This document shows positions 9,460-18,526 of a stretch of 39,233 nucleotides of DNA, piece after piece (position 1 is the first letter of the stretch; every line of letters begins with the position of its first letter). The translations under genes and the position numbers were made by a program. Under the pieces are notes generated by a model. That model saw only the letters and a program-made list of their open reading frames with translations. It was not told where the DNA came from and made no database searches. This DNA is from a virus (lineage: Duplodnaviria; Caudoviricetes). The stretch is from the IMG/VR virus record IMGVR_UViG_3300022670_000191, positions 1 to 39,233 of that record. One strand, 5' to 3'.

Positions 9460-10740
9460 TTATGCTACGCCGTAACCTTGGCCTGCATAAAACGGATTAA
9501 GAACAGCGAAGGCAGGTAGAAGGTCAAAACGAACCTTCTGCACGTTAGCATCACCATCCGCATATTTCGAGACACGAAGCGAGAAGCCATCCTCAGTAAC
9601 CGCCGTTGTGTCTGTTGAGAACAACTTCGGTAGTTTCACAGATGCAAGGCTAAATGCCTGCGTGTGATAAAAGAGGTTCGGCTGGAACGTTGTCGAGTCT
9701 GCGCTGAGAATATTAACCACATCACCATCCACAATTGCTGCTACAACCGTGTCGTAGGCACTATCCCTGGAACCTGTGGTTTCCTTAACGGCAGGAGACG
9801 AGAAAACGAAGTCGCCTTCATTCGTCGCTGTCAAAACATCAGCATTCAAAACGCCGCGCCACGGAATGTTAGCGCCCGCTGCATCAAGGGCAGGAAGCCT
9901 GGTTGCTTGATTCAAAATAGACCGGGTCGGAATTTCAAAAACCGTTCCCGCAACATAGGTAGCCGCCGTCGCCAACGTGTCAATATGAATTGTCTGCTGC
10001 ATCGTATCTTTAACAGATACATAAGTCGCAGTCGGCGTTCCATCCACAACACCAGCGACATCGCCAGTTGCATTGGTTGTGTAGGATGACAGTGCATTAG
10101 CCGTTAATGCCATCATTCCACCGAAGTTCTGGCTGATCTGTGCTTTTTCCCATGCTGTCTGCACAAGGGTACTAACACTCGTTAATTGGTTCTGAAGATT
10201 CGCCATTGCAACCTGGGAGAATGGGTTCATGAGGTAATACCACGGACCATCGTTAGGAACACCGGTTGAAGCCATCAAGGCCCCTGCATTAGCAACTTCT
10301 GTCCAGGTATCAATAGCCTCGCCTGGGGTTCCTTGCACCATGCCGGTGTTCTTCATCATGAAATCGGCAAAATCACTCTCAAGGTCTGTGACAATGCGTC
10401 GTGCCATTGGCGCGATGATCTGGTCTAACTGATCAAGTTCCAATGCCTCTTCAACATTATCCCAATCGACCGAGGCCGTGAAATAATCCTGCACCGTTGC
10501 GGTTGCCTTACCGGAAATAATATCATCTTTGGTTGACCCAGAGATATCACCGCCTGAAGTCCGAATCGTGGTGTAGTCATGCGGACGTTTGATGTCCACA
10601 GTTGTACCCGATGCCGGTGTGAATTTACCTGTGAAAAGCTGCGTATCGACTGTTTTTGTCACAACTCGATTTGACTCGAAATGCTTCAAGAACACACGCA
10701 TCAGCTTACGGGTTGTGTTACTCGTTAAGTCATTTGCCAC
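9460..10740 (-). CDS. Major capsid protein, P22 gp5 (coat) family
   Basis: GTG start with SD GGAG; MANDL..., GTTVDIKRP, NLFYHTQAFSLASVKLPK, VRFDLLPAFAVLNP; 426 aa. Confidence 0.92.
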   Translation of the reverse strand: MANDLTSNTTRKLMRVFLKHFESNRVVTKTVDTQLFTGKFTPASGTTVDIKRPHDYTTIRTSGGDISGSTKDDIISGKATATVQDYFTASVDWDNVEEALELDQLDQIIAPMARRIVTDLESDFADFMMKNTGMVQGTPGEAIDTWTEVANAGALMASTGVPNDGPWYYLMNPFSQVAMANLQNQLTSVSTLVQTAWEKAQISQNFGGMMALTANALSSYTTNATGDVAGVVDGTPTATYVSVKDTMQQTIHIDTLATAATYVAGTVFEIPTRSILNQATRLPALDAAGANIPWRGVLNADVLTATNEGDFVFSSPAVKETTGSRDSAYDTVVAAIVDGDVVNILSADSTTFQPNLFYHTQAFSLASVKLPKLFSTDTTAVTEDGFSLRVSKYADGDANVQKVRFDLLPAFAVLNPFYAGQGYGVA

Positions 10741-10750
10741 GATCTAACTC

Positions 10751-11491
10751 CTATTCGTAAATGACCCCCTTTTCCCAGTCTTCCTTTTGTTCAGGAGCAC
10801 CACCGCCTTTAATAGTGGTGGGTGGGTTGGGCGCATTACTTGTTTGTGGTTTCAGTAAAGAAGCCTTTTGTCTGATATCACCGTTTAAGTGATTCACCAA
10901 CTGCAACACAGACATCCTGTTCATTTCTTCCAGTTCAACAGGATTTTGCGATAAATACGTCACGAGTAACGGGCCATCCGGATCTTCCAGAAGTACATCC
11001 TGAAAAGTCGTGGATATTCCATAACCGATAACCGTATCTGCCGCTTTCTTTGTTTCAGCCGGATTCAGACCGTGCGTCACCATATTTGTGTCAAACGCCG
11101 CTACCTTTTTACTCATGGCAGCGTTTTCTTCGGTGATGCGAGCCTCATCCTTTGTCTTGCGATCATCCGCTAGTCGTGTTTGTTCCGCATTCAGGTCCGC
11201 TTGCTTTTGAATCGCTTCGTCACGCGTTAGTATCTCGGCATCAAAGGTTTCTGAGTACCTGTCAGGCACTGGCGGAATAACTACCTCCGCTTGTTTGGCC
11301 CTTAGATCCCCAAGCTCCTTCTCTACCGCACTGGCACGTTCCTCGGCTTTGACTCGACCTCGCTCCTCGTCTCTGAACTTCTTGTGCTGAACATTGACGT
11401 CTTTCTGGTGCTTGTCGAGTGCAATAAAACCATCGTGCTTTTCTTCCGGTTCTGCTTCTACTGCCTCTTCACCTTCCACAGGATCTGGCAT
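10751..11491 (-). CDS. Scaffolding protein
   Basis: Acidic coiled coil, GPLLVTYLSQNP, C-terminal SNAPNPPTTIKG; lies between portal and coat. Confidence 0.82.
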   Translation of the reverse strand: MPDPVEGEEAVEAEPEEKHDGFIALDKHQKDVNVQHKKFRDEERGRVKAEERASAVEKELGDLRAKQAEVVIPPVPDRYSETFDAEILTRDEAIQKQADLNAEQTRLADDRKTKDEARITEENAAMSKKVAAFDTNMVTHGLNPAETKKAADTVIGYGISTTFQDVLLEDPDGPLLVTYLSQNPVELEEMNRMSVLQLVNHLNGDIRQKASLLKPQTSNAPNPPTTIKGGGAPEQKEDWEKGVIYE

Positions 11492-11504
11492 AACTAACTC
11501 CGTT

Positions 11505-13607
11505 TTATGGCTGTTCCGCTTGCGACTCCCGTACTTGAGCCGCTTGATCTATAAATGCTGTTATTCCTCCAGGACCGGATATTGCTTCCAGCCCCATTGC
11601 CTCACGAATCTTGTTCATCGTGTCGGCATGTGTGTTCAGTACCTCCGCTGCCATCTTGATCTGGTTCATAGCCTCATTCATGGACTCCCGATCATCGTCG
11701 CGCTGCGCATTTACAATCTTAGCATCCAGCTCACGGTCTTTGCGGGCCGCCTCAATGGCACTGATTTGTACCTTATCATCCTCCACCTCTGCCTGTCTTT
11801 CCAGAGCAACAGCTACTGGATCAGGCGGCGGTGCAGGCTGTGCTGCTAAAAATTCCTTCTCCTCATCCGTCAACTGATCTTCCGGTATTTGACCGGATAG
11901 TACCATACGTTGGCGTACACGCTCGGCCAATACATCAAATCCAGGTGCATTCATGTTCTTGTACAGGACGTCACGACCCTCCTCGATAATGCTTGGATCA
12001 ATACTGGCAACCTCTACCATCGAGTTAACAGTCTCACCCTGACGGTTCTTGAACGACTTCGATACCTCACAGGTGGCGTCATACACGCCTTTGGATAAAT
12101 CAATGACTTCAACCGCTTCCTCGGTTTCTGTGTCAATCACACGATCATTAATCATCACCATTTCGAACGAATTGTCCTCATTGATAATGCGTACTTGGCG
12201 TGCTGTATCATAAACTTTCGGAATGGCTCGCATCAATATTTTGCCGGTATGGCAGATGGCGATCTGCTTACTACGAACATACTTAAAGTTGCGTGTATCG
12301 CCACGGTTTTGCTTGAGTTCTACTGCGAGTCCAGATTGGAGTCCAAGTGGTTGCCCAGGTAACTGATCTATTCCAGCAGTAGATTGAAGGTTCTGCAACA
12401 TTGACTGAGAGGTAAGCTCAAGACCTGGATTAATCTCAGCACCTCCAAGCTTGTATGGAGGCACCACGCCTGGACTTTCATCAGATTCATAGGTAAGTGC
12501 CGGATCGGACGATACGTTCAATTGCTCCCAAGCGGTCTTTTCGCCACCAATCTGCACCTTGGTAACAAGAATCTTGGCTAATGGAGCTAATGCACCCTCT
12601 TCAACCTTACGGCTCTCAGTGTAGTTATAGATGCGTTGTGCATCCATTTTCTTCGTAACGATGCCCCAATAGTTAGGCACCTTCTGTCGCATACTCCAGT
12701 TTGCATACTCTGGAATAATCGGAATCAAATCAAATACTGTATCCTCAATGTCTGTTAGCCATTCTTTGCCATCAAAGACACGAGATTTAACCTCCGTCAT
12801 TGGACGTGTGCGTTCACGCTTAACTGTAGCGCCTTGTTCTTCCAGTTCGTCCTTGATCTTTTTGAACTTGTCGTCATCGACATAAACTGCACCGTTCGTT
12901 AGTTCTACGATGCGTCGCTCAACCTCAACCTTATACAGAATCTCGCCAACCACGATGGTATCCGGCATATGATCAGTATGAGTAACACGATCACCAATAG
13001 TGACTGATTTACCACTACCGTCAGGGAACTGTTCCTCATAATCAGCCTTGATCATGGTCGTCAGTACAAAGCAGTAATTCGCATCCTCACGTGTTTGCAG
13101 AACAGCACCAGGGTCAAACCACACCCGATCCACAAAGTCGTTGATGGTGTCGATGTATAAATCCTGATCAAAAGTATTGTTATCACCCCATCGTTGATTG
13201 ACACGCCAGCCATCCATGCCAGCGCGTATCATAAAGCGTGTTGAGGCATCGTAAACGTCAGTCGCGTTTGACAGATTCTGAATGTTTCGGATCAGCCCGT
13301 CATAGGTCTTGGCAAGGGGTTTGGTTGCATCACCGCCTGCCGGTAATATCTGAATATCGAAGTCCTGCTGTTCAATAGCTCCAGCGATATCGTCAACTAA
13401 ATCATTGCACTTATCCAAGGTATAGCGGGGTCGGTTTTTGAATGCATCACGCGCCTGTGAGTCCCACTGACCGTCCTTTTGATCAAGGAACTCGTGTACC
13501 TCACGAACAATCTCACGCACATCTTTCTCAACTGATTGTGCCTCACGCAACAATGTCAGGACTGATCCATGGTTTTTGAAGCCTTTGTCTTGGTCGTCGT
13601 CAGCCAT
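11505..13607 (-). CDS. Portal protein, P22-like
   Basis: 700 aa; GQWD...RPRYTLDK, VWFDP, IPIIP, DAQRIYNY, SGLAV motifs; C-terminal helical barrel. Confidence 0.93.
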   Translation of the reverse strand: MADDDQDKGFKNHGSVLTLLREAQSVEKDVREIVREVHEFLDQKDGQWDSQARDAFKNRPRYTLDKCNDLVDDIAGAIEQQDFDIQILPAGGDATKPLAKTYDGLIRNIQNLSNATDVYDASTRFMIRAGMDGWRVNQRWGDNNTFDQDLYIDTINDFVDRVWFDPGAVLQTREDANYCFVLTTMIKADYEEQFPDGSGKSVTIGDRVTHTDHMPDTIVVGEILYKVEVERRIVELTNGAVYVDDDKFKKIKDELEEQGATVKRERTRPMTEVKSRVFDGKEWLTDIEDTVFDLIPIIPEYANWSMRQKVPNYWGIVTKKMDAQRIYNYTESRKVEEGALAPLAKILVTKVQIGGEKTAWEQLNVSSDPALTYESDESPGVVPPYKLGGAEINPGLELTSQSMLQNLQSTAGIDQLPGQPLGLQSGLAVELKQNRGDTRNFKYVRSKQIAICHTGKILMRAIPKVYDTARQVRIINEDNSFEMVMINDRVIDTETEEAVEVIDLSKGVYDATCEVSKSFKNRQGETVNSMVEVASIDPSIIEEGRDVLYKNMNAPGFDVLAERVRQRMVLSGQIPEDQLTDEEKEFLAAQPAPPPDPVAVALERQAEVEDDKVQISAIEAARKDRELDAKIVNAQRDDDRESMNEAMNQIKMAAEVLNTHADTMNKIREAMGLEAISGPGGITAFIDQAAQVRESQAEQP

Positions 13608-13927
13608 TATTCATCGTCCTTTGATGGACGTTTTGAACCAATTATTTTATGAATTCCATCAAGAACGTGCTTCCGCCTACTGGCTGAAATAGCAACTAAC
13701 AAATTTGTCCTAACTTTATTCAGAAGGTGATGGGCTTCAAGCCATTGTTCTTTGGTTGGCTCGACAAATACAGCCCTCGGATAGGCGTCATACCACGCAG
13801 TAATGTCGTGTAAAATACCCTCAACATGTTCAATAACTTTTGACGCCTCAAGACAGTCTTGGTCTTGTTTGGAGTCGCCACCATATGACACCAAGCGCTC
13901 AATTAACTCTTTATTTTCAGTTGCCAT
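13607..13927 (-). CDS. Hypothetical protein inserted between terL and portal
   Basis: MATENKELIERL...WYDAYPRAVF; overlaps both neighbours. Confidence 0.6.
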   Translation of the reverse strand: MATENKELIERLVSYGGDSKQDQDCLEASKVIEHVEGILHDITAWYDAYPRAVFVEPTKEQWLEAHHLLNKVRTNLLVAISASRRKHVLDGIHKIIGSKRPSKDDE

Positions 13928-15413
13928 AAACGGTCGCAAAATGGAGTTTCATATCAGCCTTATTCGGTGGTGGCGTGGCAAGACTCATCATAAGTGAATC
14001 TGCCATATTCGGTGAAGGCAATGGTGGCTTCTGGCGTGCCATTTCCTCTTTGTTCATAATCTGAATTAACCCTGCACCGTTCGGTCTTGTCGGTATTCTA
14101 CATACTTCAGCACGCAATGCACTCATATTGCCGATATCTGATGACAGACTGATCATCTCATCCGGATCGATATAGACACCTCTCTCGACTGCCTGGTAAG
14201 CGTTGTAGAAGCGATCCCGTAGCATCCAATAGTATTGGGCACGTCTGTTCTTGAACGTCTCCTCATTGCTCTTAGCCTTGGTATTGCTGTGGCTATCGAC
14301 CTTCTGGTAGGTCTGTTTGGGATTATCGACACCCTTGCCACCCCGAAACTCAACGTGTTGCATCTTCTTGCCGGCAATAGCTTTCAACGTCTGTCTTCGT
14401 AAAGACACACCCAGGCCATCACAGTCCCAAATATAGACATCAGCCTGTTCATCAATGGCGTAGTCCAATGCCCAGTCACAGCCCTCATTCACATCCAAGC
14501 CGGATTTCTCTTGAACGTCCAGTATCACTGAACCATGCCTATAACATAAGCCCTTGTCATCCGGACCTTTATCGGACGGATCGTGTGAGATTACTTTCAC
14601 ACCCTTAGGCTCAAAGCCTAGTTTCACATGTGCATCGATTGCGGCATCAAACCATTCAGCCGGGATGATCGCACTGTCTACAGAATCCAGGTAATGACCA
14701 AGCCACTTATGATCGTATTGTGGTCTTGTCATTTCGATATAATCATCCACACGCTCACCCTCAAGACCTGATTGCAAGAACCATTCTTGTGGCATGTCGG
14801 TATAGTTCATCTCGACAACCATCAACAGATCATCTTCGTAGTACCCGCACTTCTGCAGTGATGGTTCAGCACGAGCAAGCCACTTCTTAGCCACAGCACC
14901 CGATCGTGAACCACGATTCATTGTGATAATGATTTCTGGCATCTTGACGTCTTCACCGGCTAGTGCTCTTTGAGTATCCGTTGCGTTAAGCCGCACACAA
15001 GCCGTCAAAACCCTCAAGGTGTTTTCAGATAGGTCTTCGCCCTCTTCTATCCATAAGCCATCAACGCCTGTGAGCGTGGATTTGAGCGATGTGATATTTC
15101 TTGCCAGTCCCTTATAAAACGCTCGCCCACCTGATACGTGGCTAATACTGGTCTTGGTGTCCTCAAAGCCTGGAATCTCTAATCTGGCGATCTCATCGAG
15201 CATAGTCCTGTGAACCGACTCCTCAATAGAGTTCATGTGTTCACGAGCACAACACCACAAAGCACCACAAGATATCTGTCCTGAGACATAATCGGCTATG
15301 CCAGTAGATTTGGTGGAACCTCGCCCACCGACAACAATCTTGATGCGCTTAGGTCTGGTATATACCGGATGCAGCTTGGAGACGTACTCTATGTCTATTT
15401 GTCGGGCGGACAT
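13917..15413 (-). CDS. terL: Terminase large subunit (Terminase_3/PBSX-like)
   Basis: Walker A GGRGSTKST, Walker B LWIEEG, nuclease HDPSD...WDCDGLG...SPNMADSL. Confidence 0.95.
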   Translation of the reverse strand: MSARQIDIEYVSKLHPVYTRPKRIKIVVGGRGSTKSTGIADYVSGQISCGALWCCAREHMNSIEESVHRTMLDEIARLEIPGFEDTKTSISHVSGGRAFYKGLARNITSLKSTLTGVDGLWIEEGEDLSENTLRVLTACVRLNATDTQRALAGEDVKMPEIIITMNRGSRSGAVAKKWLARAEPSLQKCGYYEDDLLMVVEMNYTDMPQEWFLQSGLEGERVDDYIEMTRPQYDHKWLGHYLDSVDSAIIPAEWFDAAIDAHVKLGFEPKGVKVISHDPSDKGPDDKGLCYRHGSVILDVQEKSGLDVNEGCDWALDYAIDEQADVYIWDCDGLGVSLRRQTLKAIAGKKMQHVEFRGGKGVDNPKQTYQKVDSHSNTKAKSNEETFKNRRAQYYWMLRDRFYNAYQAVERGVYIDPDEMISLSSDIGNMSALRAEVCRIPTRPNGAGLIQIMNKEEMARQKPPLPSPNMADSLMMSLATPPPNKADMKLHFATVYGN

Positions 15414-15700
15414 ATTGGAAGGTAGTTTAATTGTGCTTGTAATGGTTCGCCATCAGGACCGCCAAGCTCAATGCCCTGAACAGGCTTACCGTCAATACGA
15501 TTGGCTATCTCTTGCCATGCGTCTTTGTTGCCATCCGCTGCTTGTGCGACAACGCTCTTAGCAACACGATCAAGACCTCTGCGAAAGTTTGGCTTGTCTT
15601 CGCCGTCCTCTGCTGCAAGCTTAGTCAGGGCACGCTTCAACGCCTGCTGCCAAGGTAAGCGCTTCTTTGCTCCGTTCCTGTTTCCGATTGGTGCACCCAT
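15395..15700 (-). CDS. terS: Terminase small subunit
   Basis: MGAPIGNRNG N-terminus, EIANRIDGKPVQ, ELGGPDGEPL; immediately upstream of terL. Confidence 0.8.
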   Translation of the reverse strand: MGAPIGNRNGAKKRLPWQQALKRALTKLAAEDGEDKPNFRRGLDRVAKSVVAQAADGNKDAWQEIANRIDGKPVQGIELGGPDGEPLQAQLNYLPICPPDK

Positions 15701-15712
15701 TGTCTCTAACAG

Positions 15713-15916
15713 TTATCCTTTTGATTCGCTTGAAACTAACTCAACCGTTGTTTCTGGCGAATACCATACTTTTTCCCAGTCACTATGAGCAGCCATTAGC
15801 TCTTTGTCAGTGTTAAATATCCTGACAACACCGCTTTCGGTAATATCAAAACTACCCGCTTGATAAAGTATTTTCGATATGCGAGGGTTTTTAGGTTGTA
15901 CATTAATGTGTCGCAT
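15713..15916 (-). CDS. Small hypothetical protein (paralogue of 15941..16135)
   Basis: SD GGAGG; shared residue pattern with neighbour. Confidence 0.6.
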   Translation of the reverse strand: MRHINVQPKNPRISKILYQAGSFDITESGVVRIFNTDKELMAAHSDWEKVWYSPETTVELVSSESKG

Positions 15917-15940
15917 TATTTATTCCTCCACTTCGCTTGC

Positions 15941-16135
15941 TCATATTCCACTTCCTTCCATTGGATCAAAGAGAAAATAACCGTGAGTCCATTCTTTATA
16001 CACTGCTACTAACTCATTATCTTTGAGAACCAAAAGATCGCCGTCGTTACTAACATTCAACTCATCAGCTTCATGTATCGTACCCATTTCACGACCATCT
16101 ATAGTTTTCCACATAACATTTACTTTTTTATTCAT
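15941..16135 (-). CDS. Small hypothetical protein (paralogue of 15713..15916)
   Basis: SD GGAG; shared residue pattern with neighbour. Confidence 0.6.
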   Translation of the reverse strand: MNKKVNVMWKTIDGREMGTIHEADELNVSNDGDLLVLKDNELVAVYKEWTHGYFLFDPMEGSGI

Positions 16136-16170
16136 TACACTTTACTCCGCTTGTTGGGCTTTCAACCCGC

Positions 16171-16308
16171 TTATTTCTTCCGCTTACGTGCTTTTCCTGC
16201 TTTTCTCAAAGAGATGGCAACCGCTTGTGGTTGCGGTTTACCTTCTTTCCTCAATCTCTTGATATTCTTGGAGATTGTCTTTTTACTGCTGCCTTTAGCT
16301 AGTGGCAT
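16171..16308 (-). CDS. 45-aa highly basic protein ([16 protein letters not shown]...QAVAISL type)
   Basis: Manual translation; a type often seen upstream of phage terminases; start overlaps upstream stop. Confidence 0.7.
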   Translation of the reverse strand: MPLAKGSSKKTISKNIKRLRKEGKPQPQAVAISLRKAGKARKRKK

Positions 16309-16412
16309 TATTTCTTCCGTTTAGCCTTGGCTCTAACTTTTTTTCTTTTCTTCTTGGCTGGCCGTGTAAAGCCAGGTCGTTTGGCGCGCTCAGAGGATGT
16401 GTGAAATGGCAT
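16308..16412 (-). CDS. 34-aa Lys/Arg-rich peptide
   Basis: [34 protein letters not shown]; SD AGGAG. Confidence 0.6.
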   Translation of the reverse strand: MPFHTSSERAKRPGFTRPAKKKRKKVRAKAKRKK

Positions 16413-16421
16413 GGTGTTCTC

Positions 16422-16751
16422 CTACGTTAGTTGAGCAAATTGCAGATTTTTGATTCCATAGAAATATTGCTCATAATGCTGACTTGACAGATCCTTGTCA
16501 GTGTTTAGCGTTACCACTTTTTGCTCCGCAGTCGTTCTGGTGGTGTTAATAATAGCATTTGCTGTGGCCGGTATAGTGATCTGCATTGAAGTGGAGGGTG
16601 TGACAATGGTTGTCCAGTCCACCAATTCCTTTCCTGATTCGCAATCATCGACTCGATAACGAGCCGTAGTCGGCGTAAAAGGATTACCGCTGGTATCTTC
16701 AGGCTTTGCCGTCACAGTAACCTCGACCAATTCATTGTGTGTTCTGCTCAC
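16422..16751 (-). CDS. Beta-sandwich structural-type protein (accessory module gene 5)
   Basis: Thr-rich beta protein; SD GGAG. Confidence 0.6.
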   Translation of the reverse strand: MSRTHNELVEVTVTAKPEDTSGNPFTPTTARYRVDDCESGKELVDWTTIVTPSTSMQITIPATANAIINTTRTTAEQKVVTLNTDKDLSSQHYEQYFYGIKNLQFAQLT

Positions 16752-16754
16752 CAG

Positions 16755-17435
16755 CTACTCCAGTGCAATGGGCAAATCATCCTCTTGCAGTATAATACCA
16801 TCATCCTCGGTCAGTATAAATCCGAGTGGATTGGGTGTATCCACTATCTTGATGGTACGACTAGCGCTGGAAAATGTCACTCTCCGCTGTGTTGAAGAGA
16901 ATTTGACCAATCTCGAAACAGAGCTAAAATTCACGACATGAGCTTGTAATATCGGTGCATCTGCTGTCACACCAATCGTCGGTGTTGCGATCAGAGGAGT
17001 GATAGAGGCATTCAGAGCCTCGTCAGGCACCGTGTCAGTAATAACCTCGCCCACAGTAATATCATAATCCGGCGAAGCTACAAGAGTGATCGTCACCACC
17101 GCATCAGAGGTTCTAACTACCGCTGTGACAGGCTGTTTGCCAAGAATCTCTCTATTCCAGCCCTTGTCCTCAGTCTGTGCAGAAACCATGCCATTGAGAA
17201 TAATCTGACGAACCTGATCAAAAGCTGATCCGGCAGCAACCCAGGTATCGTCAGTCAGCGAAATGGTGATGACCTGACCACCGGCAACAAGTAGTGGTTC
17301 GGTAAGGGCTGGTGCGCTTACTGTGGCACTCGGTATCCCCACGAATACAGTAATCTGCTGCACCAATAGAAATGAATTATCTAAATGCTGGTGTGCCCCC
17401 GTAAAGGCTGAGATATGGTTTTTCCACTGGATCAT
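16755..17435 (-). CDS. Putative structural protein (accessory module gene 4)
   Basis: Ig-like beta composition; C-terminal FILTEDDGIILQED; ATGA coupling. Confidence 0.6.
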   Translation of the reverse strand: MIQWKNHISAFTGAHQHLDNSFLLVQQITVFVGIPSATVSAPALTEPLLVAGGQVITISLTDDTWVAAGSAFDQVRQIILNGMVSAQTEDKGWNREILGKQPVTAVVRTSDAVVTITLVASPDYDITVGEVITDTVPDEALNASITPLIATPTIGVTADAPILQAHVVNFSSVSRLVKFSSTQRRVTFSSASRTIKIVDTPNPLGFILTEDDGIILQEDDLPIALE

Positions 17436-18526
17436 CGTGTAACAATTGTCAGGAACGTATCGTCAGCATCTGTGCCACTAAATCTGAATGTGATCGTATC
17501 TGCGTTCATGTCCGCGGCTGTAGCGTCAAATTGGTACATGCCATTGGATATTTCAGCAGCGCTGCCAGTTGCAGCACCAAATGCTGCACCGTCCAGTGAT
17601 CGCTGAACCGTTAGTGTAAGACCAGTCTTTGGCGTTACATGATCTGTGTCATCAACCATCAATACATAGATATTGCTAAAGGCGGCGTTCTTTTCCGGTA
17701 TGACCGTATCGGCCTTTACAGCGGCTATATCGGCTGAGATGTCAGCACCAACAGGGGTGCCAAGCACTGACGCCAATGCAGCGCTATCTGTTCCACGCAT
17801 CGTTGCCGTATCGACGCCATCCGTGCCTCTCATGGTCGCGGTGTCCACACCATCGGTACCGCGCATGGCGGCACCCGCTATACCTGTAACATCGTCACGA
17901 ATAGCACGAATAACTTCAGCCAAAGACACATTATTGGCCGGATCTGCAGCAGCTGGGAAGATCGGTATTCCAGCCGTTCCCTCAAGTGTATTGATCAACT
18001 GTTTGACGTATTGCATCAACGTGTCTGCAGATGTCGGATCACCTGCAGCCGCAGCATCGGCCAAAGCACCCAATACAGACGCGAGAGCCGCTGAGTCAGT
18101 GCCTCTCATATCTGTATTCGTGGTGCAGGTGTCTACAAGCTGAATATCAGTACCCGAAAGATCAACAGCAGTGGTAGGAGCCGTAACATTTGCCCAGTTC
18201 ACTGGAGAACGCTCAATACTGAATTGCGCAACTACCTCGCCAACTACCGAAACACCACCGACCGTACCAACAGAAATAATGGCCGCATATGACTTTCCAG
18301 CCTCATAGCCATTAGCGCCTGTGGCAACAATACGCAGATTATTCAACCCAACGACGCTATCAAAATCCACTGATAGTGTTTCACCGGCTGTTATTTGGGT
18401 TGTCGAATTATCTTCGTAAACCTCAATAACAGGACTTCCGGCCAAGACTGCTGGAATACCAGTAGCAAAAGCTCTGGTTGTAAATTTGAAATCTAGTGTT
18501 TTCCCTACGGGGTAATCAGGCATCAT
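17432..18526 (-). CDS. Putative fibre protein with MRGTD repeats (accessory module gene 3)
   Basis: N- and C-terminal beta domains flank an Ala-rich shaft with four MRGTD repeats. Confidence 0.65.
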   Translation of the reverse strand: MMPDYPVGKTLDFKFTTRAFATGIPAVLAGSPVIEVYEDNSTTQITAGETLSVDFDSVVGLNNLRIVATGANGYEAGKSYAAIISVGTVGGVSVVGEVVAQFSIERSPVNWANVTAPTTAVDLSGTDIQLVDTCTTNTDMRGTDSAALASVLGALADAAAAGDPTSADTLMQYVKQLINTLEGTAGIPIFPAAADPANNVSLAEVIRAIRDDVTGIAGAAMRGTDGVDTATMRGTDGVDTATMRGTDSAALASVLGTPVGADISADIAAVKADTVIPEKNAAFSNIYVLMVDDTDHVTPKTGLTLTVQRSLDGAAFGAATGSAAEISNGMYQFDATAADMNADTITFRFSGTDADDTFLTIVTR

